Under the pieces are notes generated by a model. It was not told the origin of the DNA. It saw only the letters and a list, made by a program, of their open reading frames with translations, and did no database searches. A DNA stretch of 64,000 nt from Octopus vulgaris (Eukaryota), in the NCBI GenBank assembly GCA_951406725.2, contig OX597819.1:124000001-124064000 (forward strand). The letters are read 5' to 3'. Shown here one piece after another: positions 63,701-64,000 of this stretch (its first letter is position 1; the number at the start of each line of letters is the position of its first letter). A program made the position numbers and the translations under genes.

Positions 63701-64000
63701 TCTTCTGTTCTATTCGTGAAAGATTCACAGTATGTTCGACTCATTAAACTTCCATGCTTAAAGATCAAATTTATGGGGAAAGGGAGCCAAAAGAATAGAG
63801 CAGTTAATTAACTCACTTCTAATTAAGTACACTGTTCCAAATGCATCAAAATAATCAAGAAGTTGGGAAAATTTATCAAAATAACTTTTTTTACATTCTA
63901 CAGCTGATGCTTGGATTTAACAAAAAAAAAAGAAAGAAAAAAACATCATACTTTTTATGAGGAAAAGTTATAAATACTAAAAAACAAATAAGTTTTGTTT

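Overview
Eukaryotic, AT-rich, microsatellite- and transposon-dense DNA. The SINE families, RTE tails and Penelope fragments look like a cephalopod (Octopus-type) genome; this is inferred from repeat content. Most ORFs in the supplied track are microsatellite or transposon artefacts. Reading splice sites by hand gives two host genes, both on the minus strand. (1) The last four coding exons of a RASSF1/3/5-type gene (RA + SARAH domains; 46538->38973). (2) About 23 kb downstream, a five-coding-exon gene (15754->9222) that the ORF track shows only as fragments. It encodes a 232-aa secreted, helix-rich protein. Its exon sizes (10/164/126/231/168 nt), intron phases (1,0,0,0) and motif placement mirror vertebrate long-chain class I helical cytokines (IL-6/G-CSF/LIF/GH-PRL), so it is a candidate invertebrate helical cytokine or JAK-STAT ligand; this is the main finding and needs structure prediction and expression data. 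The rest is nested mobile DNA: mariner, Chapaev3-like, hAT, Merlin-like MITEs, Helitrons, Penelope-like elements with several minimal hammerhead-ribozyme motifs, RTE/CR1/HERO-like LINE fragments and at least three SINE families. No database searches were possible, so family assignments rest on recalled motifs.
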